Below are positions 8,713 to 20,758 of a stretch of DNA of 64,000 nt, piece after piece (within the stretch, counting starts at the first letter, position 1; the number at the start of each line of letters is the position of its first letter). A program made the position numbers and the translations under genes. Source of the DNA: an uncultured Pseudomonadota bacterium (GTDB lineage Bacteria > Oederibacteriota > Muellerivitia > Muellerivitales > Muellerivitaceae); the NCBI GenBank assembly GCA_963843375.1, contig CAWJKT010000006.1, positions 128,001-192,000 on the forward strand. The letters are read 5' to 3'. The notes below the pieces were generated by a model. It searched no databases. It was given only the letters and a program-made list of their open reading frames with translations, and was not told the origin of the DNA.

Positions 8713-11142
8713 TTGAAAAATGAATTAAATTTTTTAAAATTATTCATTCGATTTTTTCGAAGAAGAAATAATTTCATAAAAAAGGACACACCTTTGATTA
8801 AGCAGCGCATCATTTCGAGATTCTTGAACATCTTTATGATCTTTTCCGTTTTTTTTACACCATTAGTGTTCTTCACTCGCGGCCATGATCAATTCGAACT
8901 TCCGAAATTAACATTTTTAATGGTTCTGCTGCTTCCCGGGGCGCTTTTAGCTCTTAAAAACAAGGGATTTTCCTCTCCCACGCCCCTTACCCTTTCTCTT
9001 TGCTTTTTGGCCTTCACCCAAATTTTGGCTTCCCTGCCCCAAACAAGCCTGAGTTGGAGTACGAGTTTGTTGGGAGACTATGAGAATTTCTCGGGTTTGG
9101 TGACTTTATTCACCTACCTCGTTGTATTTCAAATTTTAAGCCTTTATTTAACCGAAGACAGGATTGAAAGAATTTTTTATTTCATCTCCCTGGCAGCCAT
9201 TTTTTCTTCGCTATACGCGGTTGGTCAACATTTCAGGTTTGATTTCATTCAATGGAACCCGGAAACAATGAATTCCGCTCGGGAATTTGCGGCTTTGGGA
9301 AATCCTAATTTTCTTTCCGCTTATTTGGCGATGTCGATACCCATTTTCCTCTCCCAATCCCTCAAAATCTCGGCGCCGAACGCCTCATCCACAAGGTCGC
9401 CCGGGCCGCTATTTTGGTTTTTAGCCTTTCTGGGTTTTTCTTTTCTTCTTTTCGGAACCGATCAAGGCTTTCTGCTTTTTCACCTGAAACCTTCGGCCCT
9501 TTCCAACTCTATTTTCAGGATCATTGGATTGGTTTTGTTTTCAATAGCCTGCGTCCGATTGATCCTGTGGCGCCATTGGTTGACAACCATTTCCGGTTTG
9601 GCCATTCTGGGCCTCGGACTTTTCTGTACGGCTAGTCGAGGTGGATTCTTAGGGGCCCTTTTCGGCCTGGGGATTTGGTTTTGGCTGACTTTAAGGAAAA
9701 ATTACTTTTTAAACTCAATTCGCCGCTATTTTTCCGAGATCCCGCGGATTTTTCTCTTCTTGTTAACGATTTTGACCCTGACTTTGCTTATTTTCATCGG
9801 CCACGGTTTTTTAAACCGTCTTTTCGATTCCGTCATTCATATGGGGCAAAGTCTCGCAACTTCCCGTTTACATATTTGGCGGCCCGCTTGGTGGATCGTA
9901 GAAGCCAATCCCCTTTTGGGGGTGGGTTTGGACAATTTCAAGATCGCATTCCCTTATTACAGCGGAATCGAATTTAACGAAATTGACGGTATGTTCACCA
10001 GTTCCCGGATGGCTCACAATGAATTATTACAAATGGCCTCGACAACCGGATTGTTGGGCCTGGGCGCCTATCTGAGCGTTCTGGTCGCTTTTGGAACCCT
10101 TTGGTGGAAAACTTACCGGGTTTCGAACCCTTCAGTTCAATGGTTCCTCATCGCTGTACTTTCATCCGCCGTGGCTTTTCATGTCCAAAACTTCTTTAGT
10201 TTTGGGGTCACATCGATCAACCTGGTTTGGTTTTTACTATTGGCGATTGTTCAAAACCAATATCGTAAAACTTTAAATCCCTCAATTTCCGAAGGTTCCG
10301 GTTTGTATTTCTATTCCATGGGTAAAAAAATCGGCCTCGTTCTTTTTATAATCCTAGGCTTCTTTTTTCCCCTAAGTCGCCTGGGCGCCGATATTGCTTT
10401 CAACCAAGGCAATGCGGCCTCTCAAATAATGAAGAATCCTGATCCCGATATCTCTAATTCGGATTTGATTTCTTATTCCGATTATGGGATCAACCAATTG
10501 AAAAAAGCCGTGAACCTTTGCCCTTTGGAAGTTAAATATCGTCTTTATCTTGGATTAGCCTATGAACAAAGGGCCCACATCGACCCGGAAAGATCCCAGG
10601 ATTGGAATTTAACGGCTCTTGAGTGTTATGAAAAATCCATCGAAATGAGCCCTGCCAACGCCTATTACTACAACAATGAAGGCCGGGTCGAGGACTCTTT
10701 GAGCCATACGGACCCCCGATATCTTTCCCAAGCGGAACAAGCCTATCAAAAAGCGGTCCATTGGGATCCTTCCAGCCCCTATTTCATCGTCAACTGGGCC
10801 ATCGATTTGGATAAATTGGGAAAAACGACCGAGTCTGAAAGTGAACTTAAGCGGGCGTTTCAATTGGACCCTGTTTTTACGTCTAAAATTCTTTCTCAGA
10901 TGGCATTTGAGCAATACCAATCCGGGGACAAGCAAAAAGCTTTTGAATTTCTGGATGAAGCGATCAAAGGAAATACTTCCAGCGCCGAAGCCTATTATTG
11001 CCGGGGAATGATTAATTTGTCCGAAAAGAAAAAAAAGGAAGCCCTTGAGGATTTCGAATCGGCGAAAGACCTGCATCCCACCCCTGAAAAAAATCCTTCC
11101 ATACAATCACTCGATCAATTTATCGATCAGGCCAAAGAGTAG
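8713..11142 (+). CDS. O-antigen ligase-like (Wzy_C) membrane protein with C-terminal TPRs
   Basis: Many TM segments, LGNPNFLSAYL, TASRGG, PLLGVGLDNF, AHNELLQ, TPR-like tail; start uncertain. Confidence 0.85.
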   Translation: MKNELNFLKLFIRFFRRRNNFIKKDTPLIKQRIISRFLNIFMIFSVFFTPLVFFTRGHDQFELPKLTFLMVLLLPGALLALKNKGFSSPTPLTLSLCFLAFTQILASLPQTSLSWSTSLLGDYENFSGLVTLFTYLVVFQILSLYLTEDRIERIFYFISLAAIFSSLYAVGQHFRFDFIQWNPETMNSAREFAALGNPNFLSAYLAMSIPIFLSQSLKISAPNASSTRSPGPLFWFLAFLGFSFLLFGTDQGFLLFHLKPSALSNSIFRIIGLVLFSIACVRLILWRHWLTTISGLAILGLGLFCTASRGGFLGALFGLGIWFWLTLRKNYFLNSIRRYFSEIPRIFLFLLTILTLTLLIFIGHGFLNRLFDSVIHMGQSLATSRLHIWRPAWWIVEANPLLGVGLDNFKIAFPYYSGIEFNEIDGMFTSSRMAHNELLQMASTTGLLGLGAYLSVLVAFGTLWWKTYRVSNPSVQWFLIAVLSSAVAFHVQNFFSFGVTSINLVWFLLLAIVQNQYRKTLNPSISEGSGLYFYSMGKKIGLVLFIILGFFFPLSRLGADIAFNQGNAASQIMKNPDPDISNSDLISYSDYGINQLKKAVNLCPLEVKYRLYLGLAYEQRAHIDPERSQDWNLTALECYEKSIEMSPANAYYYNNEGRVEDSLSHTDPRYLSQAEQAYQKAVHWDPSSPYFIVNWAIDLDKLGKTTESESELKRAFQLDPVFTSKILSQMAFEQYQSGDKQKAFEFLDEAIKGNTSSAEAYYCRGMINLSEKKKKEALEDFESAKDLHPTPEKNPSIQSLDQFIDQAKE

Positions 11143-11151
11143 CCGACTTTT

Positions 11152-14100
11152 TTAAAGTTCGATTTCAATGCCTTCCTCGCCCAGCAGGGAATAAATTTCC
11201 TTTAAAAACATCTTGGAAGGTTTCACCATCAAATTAGGGCCCGCCTCCAAAACCATCAAACCGTGGTGAGTTGTTTGCATATGGAAATAAACCTTGGCCT
11301 TTCCCGGATGCCTTTCACAAACCGCCTTAACTTTAGGCAAAAGGCTGTCATCCAATCCTACGACATTCATCGTGAGATGGACGCCTTTGGCCCATTTCAC
11401 GGCCATTTCATTCAGGTCAATGGCCTCGTTGGCGATGATCTGGATTTTCTCACCCGATTTATCCAGCCGCCCCTTCAAAGCCACCAATCGGTCCTTTATT
11501 AGAATATTTTGGTATTTCTTGAAGACTTCCGGCCAAGCAATCACTTCCAGATGGGAATGAAGGTCTTCCAGGACGAACCGACCGTAGATCTCCTTGGTCT
11601 TCTTTACCATGCTTTTTGAGAAACCCCGAATCAGTCCCGCGACCCTAATTTCGTGGCCGTCGGGCAGGTCCTCCAGTTCATGAAGTGGAGTGGCATAGTG
11701 TTCCAACTCCCATTCATGCTCCGAAAGGGGGTGGCCGGAGAGATAAAAACCAAGCACTTCCTTTTCCGCCGTTAAAATTTGGGCGGGTGAAAGTTCGGGC
11801 GCTTCCGGCAGAGTATCCACCGCCCCCGAACCCATGGCCCCAAAAAGGGAGGTTTGCCCCTTTTGAGAATCGGCCTGGAGCCCCTGGGACTGACGGAATA
11901 TTTTTTCCACCGCATCCTTCATGGCTCCTCTTGGGGAGTTGGAGAAATCAAAGCCTCCCGCCAACACCAGGCATTCCACCATTTTGGGGGTAAAGGCCTT
12001 TAAATCGACGCGGCGACAAAAATCAAAAAGGGATAGAAAAGCTCCCTCCTTGCCCCGGGCCTCCAGGATGGCCCGGATGGCGGGCGTCCCCACGTTTTTG
12101 ATAGCCGAAAGCGAGAAACGGATTTCCCCTTTCGATGTCACCATAAACTCATCCCCGCTCTCGTTTACGTCGGGGGGAAGCACCCGAACCCCCATTTTTT
12201 TGCATTCAAACACATACTGGGAAATCTTGTCCTGGTTCCCCGATTCGCTGGTCAAAAGGGCGGCCATGAACTCCGGCGCGAAATGGGTTTTTAAATAAGC
12301 CGTTTGAAAAGCCAAAATGGCGTAAGCCGCGCTGTGGGACTTGTTGAACCCATATCCCGCGAATTTGGCCATTTGGTTGAAAATGGCCTCGGCGATGTCG
12401 TTTGAGATCCCTCGATCCTTGGACCCGGAAAGGAACTTTTCCCGCATTTGCTCCATTTTCTCCGGATTCTTGCTTCCCATAGCCCGGCGAAGCAGGTCCG
12501 CCTGTCCCAGAGTGAAGCCCGCCAGGTCTTTCGCGATGCGCATCACTTGTTCTTGGTAAAGTATGATGCCGTAGGTCGTTTTTAAGATAGGCTCGAGCTT
12601 GGGATGAAGGTACTCGACCTTCGCCAGCCCCTTTTTCCGATGGAAAAAATCATCCACCATATCCGAACCCAGGGGACCGGGCCGGTAAAGCGCATTGAGG
12701 GCGATCAAATCCTCGATATGAGTCGGTTCCAACTTCCGCACGTAATCCCGCATGCCGCGGGATTCCAACTGGAAGATGCCCATCGTTTTCGCTTCCCTCA
12801 ATAATTTAAAGGTCGCTTCGTCCTCCATGGGGATTTCCGCCACCAAAACATCCTGTTTCCGGTGAGTCTTGATGAGCTTGAGGGTGTCGTCGATCACCGA
12901 AAGGGTCCGCAAACCCAAAATATCCAGTTTTAAAAGACCCACGTCCTTCAGGGCGTTCATGTCATATTGGGTTAGAATTTCATCGCCGGTCCCCCGGCAC
13001 AAGGGCACGTTTTCCAGAAGGGGTTCGTTACCGATCAAGATGCCCGCCGCGTGGGTCGAAAGATGGCGCACCATGCCTTCCAGCGCCCGGGAAATATCCC
13101 ATAATTTTCGGTAGGGCCCCTGTTCGGAAGCGATGGCCCTCAACTCCGGCACCTTTTCCAGGGCGTCTTCCAGCGTCACCTTCGGCTCACCCGGGATCAG
13201 TTTGGCGATGCGGTCGATATCGGGCAGAGGCATTTCTAAAACCCGCCCCACATCCCTTATCACCGCCTTGGCCGCCATGGTTCCGAAAGTCGCGATGGAA
13301 GCTACCCGATCCTGTCCGTAGGTTTGGGTGATATAGTCCAGCACCTCCTGCCGCCGCCGGTCGCAGACGTCCACGTCGATGTCCGGAGCGCTCACCCTCT
13401 CCGGGTTGATGAACCGCTCGAAAAGCAGGTCGTAACGGATGGGGTCCACATCGGTGATGCCGATCAAATAGGAAACCAGGCTCCCCGCGGCCGATCCCCG
13501 CCCCGGCCCCACGGAAATATCCTTGGCCTTGGCCTTCGCGATAATATCCCACACGATCAAGAAATAACCGCTAAAGCCGGTCTTGCGGATGATGGAAAGT
13601 TCCTCATTCATGCGTTCCAAAATTTGCGGATCGTTGCTCCTGGCCCCATAACGTTTCGGAATTCCTTCCCGGCTCAATTTTTCCAGATAACCCGCCTCAT
13701 CCAAATCCGCTGTCGGGACCTTGAAGGAAGGCATGAGGGTTTTGCCGAACTCGAAGGTGACGTTGCACCTTTCCGCGATCTCTAGGGTTTGGCGCAAGGC
13801 CTCCGGTATTTCACTGAAAGACCTGGCCATTTCCTCAGGGCTCTTCAGGTAATATTCATCCGACCCGTAAGTGATATGATTGGGATCGGAAAGCACTTCC
13901 CCCCGGCCCAGGCACAAAAGGGCCTCGTGGAAAACCGCTTCTTCGCGAATTAGATAATGGACGTCGTTGGTGGCCACCAGGGGTATGGAAGTTTGCTTGG
14001 ATATCTCCAACAGGTGTTTTTGGATCGCCTTATCGATGGCCTTCCGGTGGTCCTGGACCTCAAGGAAAAAGCGGCCCTTGCCGAATATCTCCTGATATTC

Positions 14101-14592
14101 CCCCGCGATCTTCAATGCCACGGGCGTCTCTTCCTTGAGGATAAACCTGTCGATCTCCCCGTCCAAACCACCCGAAAGGGCGGTCAAACCCCGGCTATGG
14201 CGGGCCAATAATTCCTTGTCGATATGGGGTATTTGGTAGGAACCCCTCAAATATCCCGCCGAGGACAGTTTCAGCAGGTTTTTGTACCCCTCCTCGTTTT
14301 CCGCCAGCAAAACCAGGGGATAGAGGACTTCCTGCCGCCCCGAACCGTTGGGCTTATCCAAACGGGATCCGGAAGAGACCCAAATCTCACAGCCGATAAT
14401 GGGTTTCAACCCGTTCGAAAGAGCGGATTGGTAAAAGCCGATGGCCCCAAACAGGTTGCCCTTGTCAGTCAAGGCCACGGCATGCATTTGAAGTTCCTTC
14501 AGCCGCGCCATGAGGGGATCTACCCGGACGGTGCTTTCCAAAAGGCTGAATTGGCTATGAAGGTGAAGATGAACGAATTCGGAACGGTTCAT
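11152..14592 (-). CDS. dnaE: DNA polymerase III alpha subunit
   Basis: PHP N-terminus, GPGRGSAAGSLV, PDIDVD, KLDILGL, YGFNKSH, OB fold. Confidence 0.98.
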   Translation of the reverse strand: MNRSEFVHLHLHSQFSLLESTVRVDPLMARLKELQMHAVALTDKGNLFGAIGFYQSALSNGLKPIIGCEIWVSSGSRLDKPNGSGRQEVLYPLVLLAENEEGYKNLLKLSSAGYLRGSYQIPHIDKELLARHSRGLTALSGGLDGEIDRFILKEETPVALKIAGEYQEIFGKGRFFLEVQDHRKAIDKAIQKHLLEISKQTSIPLVATNDVHYLIREEAVFHEALLCLGRGEVLSDPNHITYGSDEYYLKSPEEMARSFSEIPEALRQTLEIAERCNVTFEFGKTLMPSFKVPTADLDEAGYLEKLSREGIPKRYGARSNDPQILERMNEELSIIRKTGFSGYFLIVWDIIAKAKAKDISVGPGRGSAAGSLVSYLIGITDVDPIRYDLLFERFINPERVSAPDIDVDVCDRRRQEVLDYITQTYGQDRVASIATFGTMAAKAVIRDVGRVLEMPLPDIDRIAKLIPGEPKVTLEDALEKVPELRAIASEQGPYRKLWDISRALEGMVRHLSTHAAGILIGNEPLLENVPLCRGTGDEILTQYDMNALKDVGLLKLDILGLRTLSVIDDTLKLIKTHRKQDVLVAEIPMEDEATFKLLREAKTMGIFQLESRGMRDYVRKLEPTHIEDLIALNALYRPGPLGSDMVDDFFHRKKGLAKVEYLHPKLEPILKTTYGIILYQEQVMRIAKDLAGFTLGQADLLRRAMGSKNPEKMEQMREKFLSGSKDRGISNDIAEAIFNQMAKFAGYGFNKSHSAAYAILAFQTAYLKTHFAPEFMAALLTSESGNQDKISQYVFECKKMGVRVLPPDVNESGDEFMVTSKGEIRFSLSAIKNVGTPAIRAILEARGKEGAFLSLFDFCRRVDLKAFTPKMVECLVLAGGFDFSNSPRGAMKDAVEKIFRQSQGLQADSQKGQTSLFGAMGSGAVDTLPEAPELSPAQILTAEKEVLGFYLSGHPLSEHEWELEHYATPLHELEDLPDGHEIRVAGLIRGFSKSMVKKTKEIYGRFVLEDLHSHLEVIAWPEVFKKYQNILIKDRLVALKGRLDKSGEKIQIIANEAIDLNEMAVKWAKGVHLTMNVVGLDDSLLPKVKAVCERHPGKAKVYFHMQTTHHGLMVLEAGPNLMVKPSKMFLKEIYSLLGEEGIEIEL

Positions 14593-14690
14593 GGGGGGAT
14601 TATAGCCAAAAGCCCCGCCTCTTCGCCCCTATTGGGCGTGATTTTTGAGTTTTTGGGGATCGAATTCGACGGTTTTCACCGGAGCGAACG

Positions 14691-14736
14691 TTGACAGGCC
14701 CAAATCTCGGTTATAACATTGTATATACATCGTTAT
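14691..14736 (+). promoter_or_regulatory. Toxin-antitoxin promoter with palindromic operator
   Basis: TTGACA at 14691; palindrome ATAAC-AT-TGTATATACA-TC-GTTAT at 14713-14736 overlapping the -10/TSS region. Confidence 0.7.
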
Positions 14737-14749
14737 CACGGAGACAATC

Positions 14750-14977
14750 ATGATTAAAAAGCTCACCAAACATGGCAACAGCTATGCCCTGGTCATTGAC
14801 CGCGGCATCATGGATCTGTTGAACATCAGCGAAAAATCCGCACTTTCCGTCACCACCGACGGACGCAGTCTCATCATTTCGCCGGCCGACGATAAAAAGA
14901 AACAAGCCAAATTCGAGGCGATTGTCGATAATTCCTTCAAAAAATTCCCGCACATGTACAAAAACTTGGCGGGTTGA
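14750..14977 (+). CDS. AbrB/MazE-type antitoxin
   Basis: KLTKHGNSYALVIDR; directly upstream of a Doc toxin. Confidence 0.88.
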   Translation: MIKKLTKHGNSYALVIDRGIMDLLNISEKSALSVTTDGRSLIISPADDKKKQAKFEAIVDNSFKKFPHMYKNLAG

Positions 14978-15379
14978 ATGGAAGCGCCTGTTTTTTTGAC
15001 CTTGGAACAAGTCCTCTATATCCACAAGGAACAAATCCGCCGTCTGGGTGGAAGCGGTGGAATCAGGGAACAGGGCCTTCTTCAAACGGCCTTAGCCATG
15101 CCACAGGCTCAGTTTGGGGGACAATTTCTTCATCGGGACCTGTTTGAAATGGCGGCGGCATATGTCTTTCACTTGGCCCTTAACCATCCTTTCATTGACG
15201 GAAATAAAAGAGTGGGAGCCATGGCAGCTGACGTTTTCCTGGAATTAAACGGTTTTCACCTTCCCCAATCCCAAGAAAAGGCTTACGAAAAAATCGTCTT
15301 CGAAACCTCCCAGGGGGAAATAGAAAAACCCGAAAACGCGGCTTTTTTTCGCAAGCATTCCAAGAAAATAACCAAGTAA
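14978..15379 (+). CDS. doc: Death-on-curing (Doc/Fic) toxin
   Basis: HPFIDGNKR Doc motif; GGSGGIRE.GLL N-terminus. Confidence 0.9.
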   Translation: MEAPVFLTLEQVLYIHKEQIRRLGGSGGIREQGLLQTALAMPQAQFGGQFLHRDLFEMAAAYVFHLALNHPFIDGNKRVGAMAADVFLELNGFHLPQSQEKAYEKIVFETSQGEIEKPENAAFFRKHSKKITK

Positions 15380-15501
15380 CGGAATTTCATGGACCAAAAT
15401 TTAGCCCAGCCGCCACATTTTTAAAGGATTTGGGTCTTTAATATTGATGAGTAAAAGGGTATTTCTCATAGGGGTTTAGATAGCAAAAACAAGGGGGGGT
15501 T

Positions 15502-16095
15502 ATGGCAAAGGGCAAAAGGAATTCAATGGTTGAGTTTTTTTTTAGTAAGGCCAAACAGTGGAAGGAAGAATACGGGAAATTACGAACGATCGTTCTGGAC
15601 TGCCCCTTGAACGAAGAATTGAAGTGGGGTCAGCCTTGTTACTCGTTTGAGGACAAAAACATCGTTTTAATCCATGGATTCAAAGAATATTGCGCGCTTC
15701 TGTTCATGAAAGGCGCCTTGTTAAAGGACCCCAAGGGTATTCTCATACAACAAACAGAGAATGTGCAGGCGGCACGCCAGATCCGCTTCAAGAATGTCCA
15801 AGAAATTGTCGGGATGAAATACACCCTGAAGACTTATATCGAAGAAGCCATTGAGGTGGAAAAAGCCGGTTTGAAAGTGGAATTAAAAAAGACATCCGAA
15901 TTCAAGATGCCCGTGGAATTCCAAAAGAAGTTGGAGCAGACCCCCGCCCTGAAAACCGCTTTTCAGGCGCTGACGCCGGGGCGACAAAGGGCCTACCTTC
16001 TTTATTTTTCCGCGGCCAAACAATCCCAAACCCGGGAGTCCAGGATTGAAAAATACGTCAAGGCGATTCTCAAGGGGAAGGGATTGAATGATTAA
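15502..16095 (+). CDS. YdeI/OmpD-associated (DUF1801) family protein
   Basis: EELKWGQPCY, IHGFKEYCALLF, TENVQAARQIRF, LTPGRQRAY. Confidence 0.9.
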   Translation: MAKGKRNSMVEFFFSKAKQWKEEYGKLRTIVLDCPLNEELKWGQPCYSFEDKNIVLIHGFKEYCALLFMKGALLKDPKGILIQQTENVQAARQIRFKNVQEIVGMKYTLKTYIEEAIEVEKAGLKVELKKTSEFKMPVEFQKKLEQTPALKTAFQALTPGRQRAYLLYFSAAKQSQTRESRIEKYVKAILKGKGLND

Positions 16096-16142
16096 CGAGC
16101 TGGCGAAAGGCTCAACGAACATCTAACTTTTGAGGTGTTGGT

Positions 16143-17695
16143 TCATTCCCACTCAATGGTTCCGGGGGGTTTGCTCGTTATGTCATAAACCACCCGGTTG
16201 ATGCCCCGGACCTCATTGATGATGCGGTTGGAAATGCGGCCCAAAAGGTCATAGGGCAGTTTCACCCAATCGGCGGTCATGCCATCGGTGGAATGGACCG
16301 CCCGGATGGCGCAGACATGGTCGTAGGTGCGCTCGTCCCCCATGACCCCGACCGTCTTGATGGGAGTCAGTACCGCGAAGGACTGCCAGATGGAATAATA
16401 AAGGCCTGCCTTTTGGATTTCTTCCGTCACGATGGCGTCGGCCTTGCGAAGGATTTCCAGCCTTTCCCGCGGTGATTTCGCCCACCACCCGGACCGCCAA
16501 ACCCGGCCCTGGGAAGGGCTGGCGCCAGAGCATTTCCTTGGGAATTCCCAGCTTGGCCCCCAAGGCCCGAACTTCGTCCTTGAAAAGTTCCCGCAAGGGT
16601 TCCACCAGCTTGAACTTCATGTCCTCCGGCAATCCTCCCACGTTATGGTGGCTCTTGATCGTGGCCGAAGGGCCCTTGACCGATACGCTTTCGATGACGT
16701 CGGGATAAAGGGTTCCCTGGGCCAGGAAGTCGAACTCGCCCCTTTTTTTCATAAGATCCCGGGCGGAACGCTCGAAAACCCGGATGAAGGTCCGGCCGAT
16801 GATCTTGCGCTTTTGTTCGGGATCGGAAACGCCCTGGAGGGCGTCGAGGAATTCTTTTTCAACTTTGGCGTAATGAAGGTCGATCTTCAGCTTTTTCTTG
16901 AACATTTCCTGAACCTGCTCGGCTTCATTCATTCGCAAGAGCGCCATTATTGACGAAGACACAGGAAAGCTGGCTGCCCACCGCCTTATGAATCAGGGCG
17001 GCGGCAACGGTGGAATCCACCCCGCCCGAAACCCCACAAAGCACCCGGCCCTTTCCCACCTGTTCCTTAATCAGCACGCACCGCATCTTTCACGTAGGAT
17101 TCCATGCTCCAGGTCGGCTTACAGCCGCAAACCTTTCGGGCGAAGTTCTCGAGGATCTTAAATCCCTTGTCGGTATGGACCACTTCGGGATGGAACTGCA
17201 CCCCGTAAAGCTTTCGTTTTGGATCCGCCATGGCGGCGGTTGGACAGGTGTGGGTGGAAGCAATTTTTTTGAACCCCGGCGGTATCCGGGTGATCTGGTC
17301 GCCGTGGCTCATCCAAACATTGAGATGTGGAGGGAAGGCCGGCGAGAAGTCCCTTCTTGTCCTTGATTTTCAAAGAGGCCAATCCGAATTCCCGTTGTGG
17401 GCCTTCACTACCTTCCCGCCCAAGGCTTGACTCATCAATGGATTCCATAACAAATCCCCAGGATCGGTACACCTTGCTGGAATAAGGACGGGTTCACATG
17501 GGGGGCATCGGGAGCGTAAACACTGGCGGGGCCTCCGGAAAGGATGATTCCCTTCGGATTCTTTTCGAGAATTTTCTCAACGGGCGTGGAAAATGGCAGG
17601 ATTTCGCAATAGACCTCGCATTCGCGGACGCGCCGGGCGATCAACTGGCTATATTGGGCCCCAAAATCCAAAACGAGAATCGTGTCGTGATGCAA
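16143..17695 (-). CDS. guaA: GMP synthase, split by about 6 single-base indels (probably assembly errors)
   Basis: Fragments [58 protein letters not shown] occur in successive frames. Confidence 0.95.
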
Positions 17696-17830
17696 AGGAA
17701 GACTCCCAAAGAAGATAAAAACTCACAGTCCAATTTGACTTCTTGACTTTGAACCGCGGATCAACAACCACTGAATGGTGGAATCGAGGTTACCGAAGAA
17801 AGCCCGTAAAAGGCGCGGCCGAAGTGAATT

Positions 17831-19304
<1,474 letters not shown>

Positions 19305-19330
19305 GAAAAACTCCGTGTTAAGTGGGCGTT

Positions 19331-19359
19331 AATATAATGATTGTGCCGGAGGGTGTCAA
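19331..19359 (-). promoter_or_regulatory. Sigma70-type promoter of guaBA
   Basis: TTGACA-17 nt-TATATT on the minus strand. Confidence 0.7.
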
Positions 19360-19412
19360 CGTCCGGTATAGGGATCGAAAAATTCAACCGGGGACAGGAA
19401 AATAAAGGAGGG

Positions 19413-20739
19413 TTAATGCCACAACTTAAAGTCGGCCTGGTAACCCTGGAGATCCTTCTTGTTCAGGAACCAGCGCAAATGATCGGATAGGGCGGCCAGA
19501 TAGCGGTTTTCACCCATGGTCTGGACCTGCCAGCCATTGTCCTGCTTTAGTTTTTCAAGTGTCTGCGCGTGCTGGGTATAAAGCTGGTCGGGAGTATCGT
19601 CGGGATAATATTCGCTGATGAGATAATCCATGGTTTGGTTGTCCCCCTGCCAGGCATTGGTGGAAAACCAAACCCCATTGGAAAAAACGGTAACAAAGGA
19701 AAGATGGGGGGCGATTTGTCCGGGCATTTTAAGTATCTCACTATAGATTCCCGAGTCCTCTTTCATGCCGACATCAAAAAAATTGGGGGAAGGCAATTGG
19801 GGAACAGTCATTTGTATAAGGGGCGTAAAGCCCATGTTTTGAAGGCTGGTTTGGAACTCGGCATAAGCGGTGATATCCATTTCGCTCACCTGGTTGGAAT
19901 TCTCCTGAACGATGAAAATCGGCTGGATGGTTTCGGCCAATATCACCGAAGGCTTACCCAGGAGGGAGCCAAGGCCAATCACCGCGCCTATGATAAGGAT
20001 GACGACGGCTATTGGGAGTACATAGACGGGAACTTTAAATTTTTTAGCCAAGGGATCAAACATCTCGTAGGAACGGCGAATAAGATATTTACCCCAAATT
20101 TTAGCCAATGAAAAGACCCTGATATTCTTCCAGGCAGGCTTCCGACCCTCATTTCCCTCGGTTTCATCAACAGGCATAGAAGCTTTGGGAAACGGAGGCC
20201 GGAGGGGCTGGGGATCATGCATCATCGCGTTCAAGTTTTCCGAGAGTTTCGATTGGGAAGCTGGAGGCGATACCAATGAAGGTGTTGGGGTTCCATGTTT
20301 TATCGGGCTTAGGAGATCTGGAGCCGTAAGGGGAGGCGGGGTTTGGAGATCGGTTTTAAGGGGTGTATTGGTCACGATGGATTTAGGAACCAACAGGGGG
20401 GGCGGGATCGGGTAATGGAATAGGAGTCGGAGGAACCAAAACTTCCGCGGAAGGTTTTACTTTGGGCGCTTCACTCTTCGGAGTTCCGCTGAACAGCCCC
20501 AAGGGATCGTCACTTAAACCCTTTCCCTTGAAATTAAGGGGTGAGCCACCCGCCAAGGGATCTGTCGAAGCTTTTAAGGCCTCGGCCGCGGCCGCCTTGA
20601 TTTTCATTTCCCTGCAATTAGCGCAAATGAGTTGATCCGCTTCCATCGATAGGCATTCAGCACAATAGGGTTTATTGCAGGTGGAGCAATGACCCGTAGC
20701 TATTTGATCAAAATGTCGAACACAATAAGTTTCGGCCAT
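19413..20739 (-). CDS. Bitopic membrane protein: B-box-like Zn finger, Pro-rich linker, TM, extracytoplasmic domain; probable frameshift near 20395
   Basis: CVRH...CSTC..YCAEC...ICANC; ORFs 20383-20739 and 19413-20393 join in a Pro-rich stretch. Confidence 0.7.
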
Positions 20740-20758
20740 CGGATTATCCTTTTAAGCT

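Noticed and set aside
16143..17695. guaA (also murD, murG, glpK) as pseudogenes or programmed frameshifts
   Set aside because: Motifs are intact, the genes are housekeeping, and the indels are scattered without a common slippery site; assembly error is more parsimonious
17801..17820. CCCGTAAA resembling a purine riboswitch loop
   Set aside because: Antisense to guaBA, and the remaining consensus is missing
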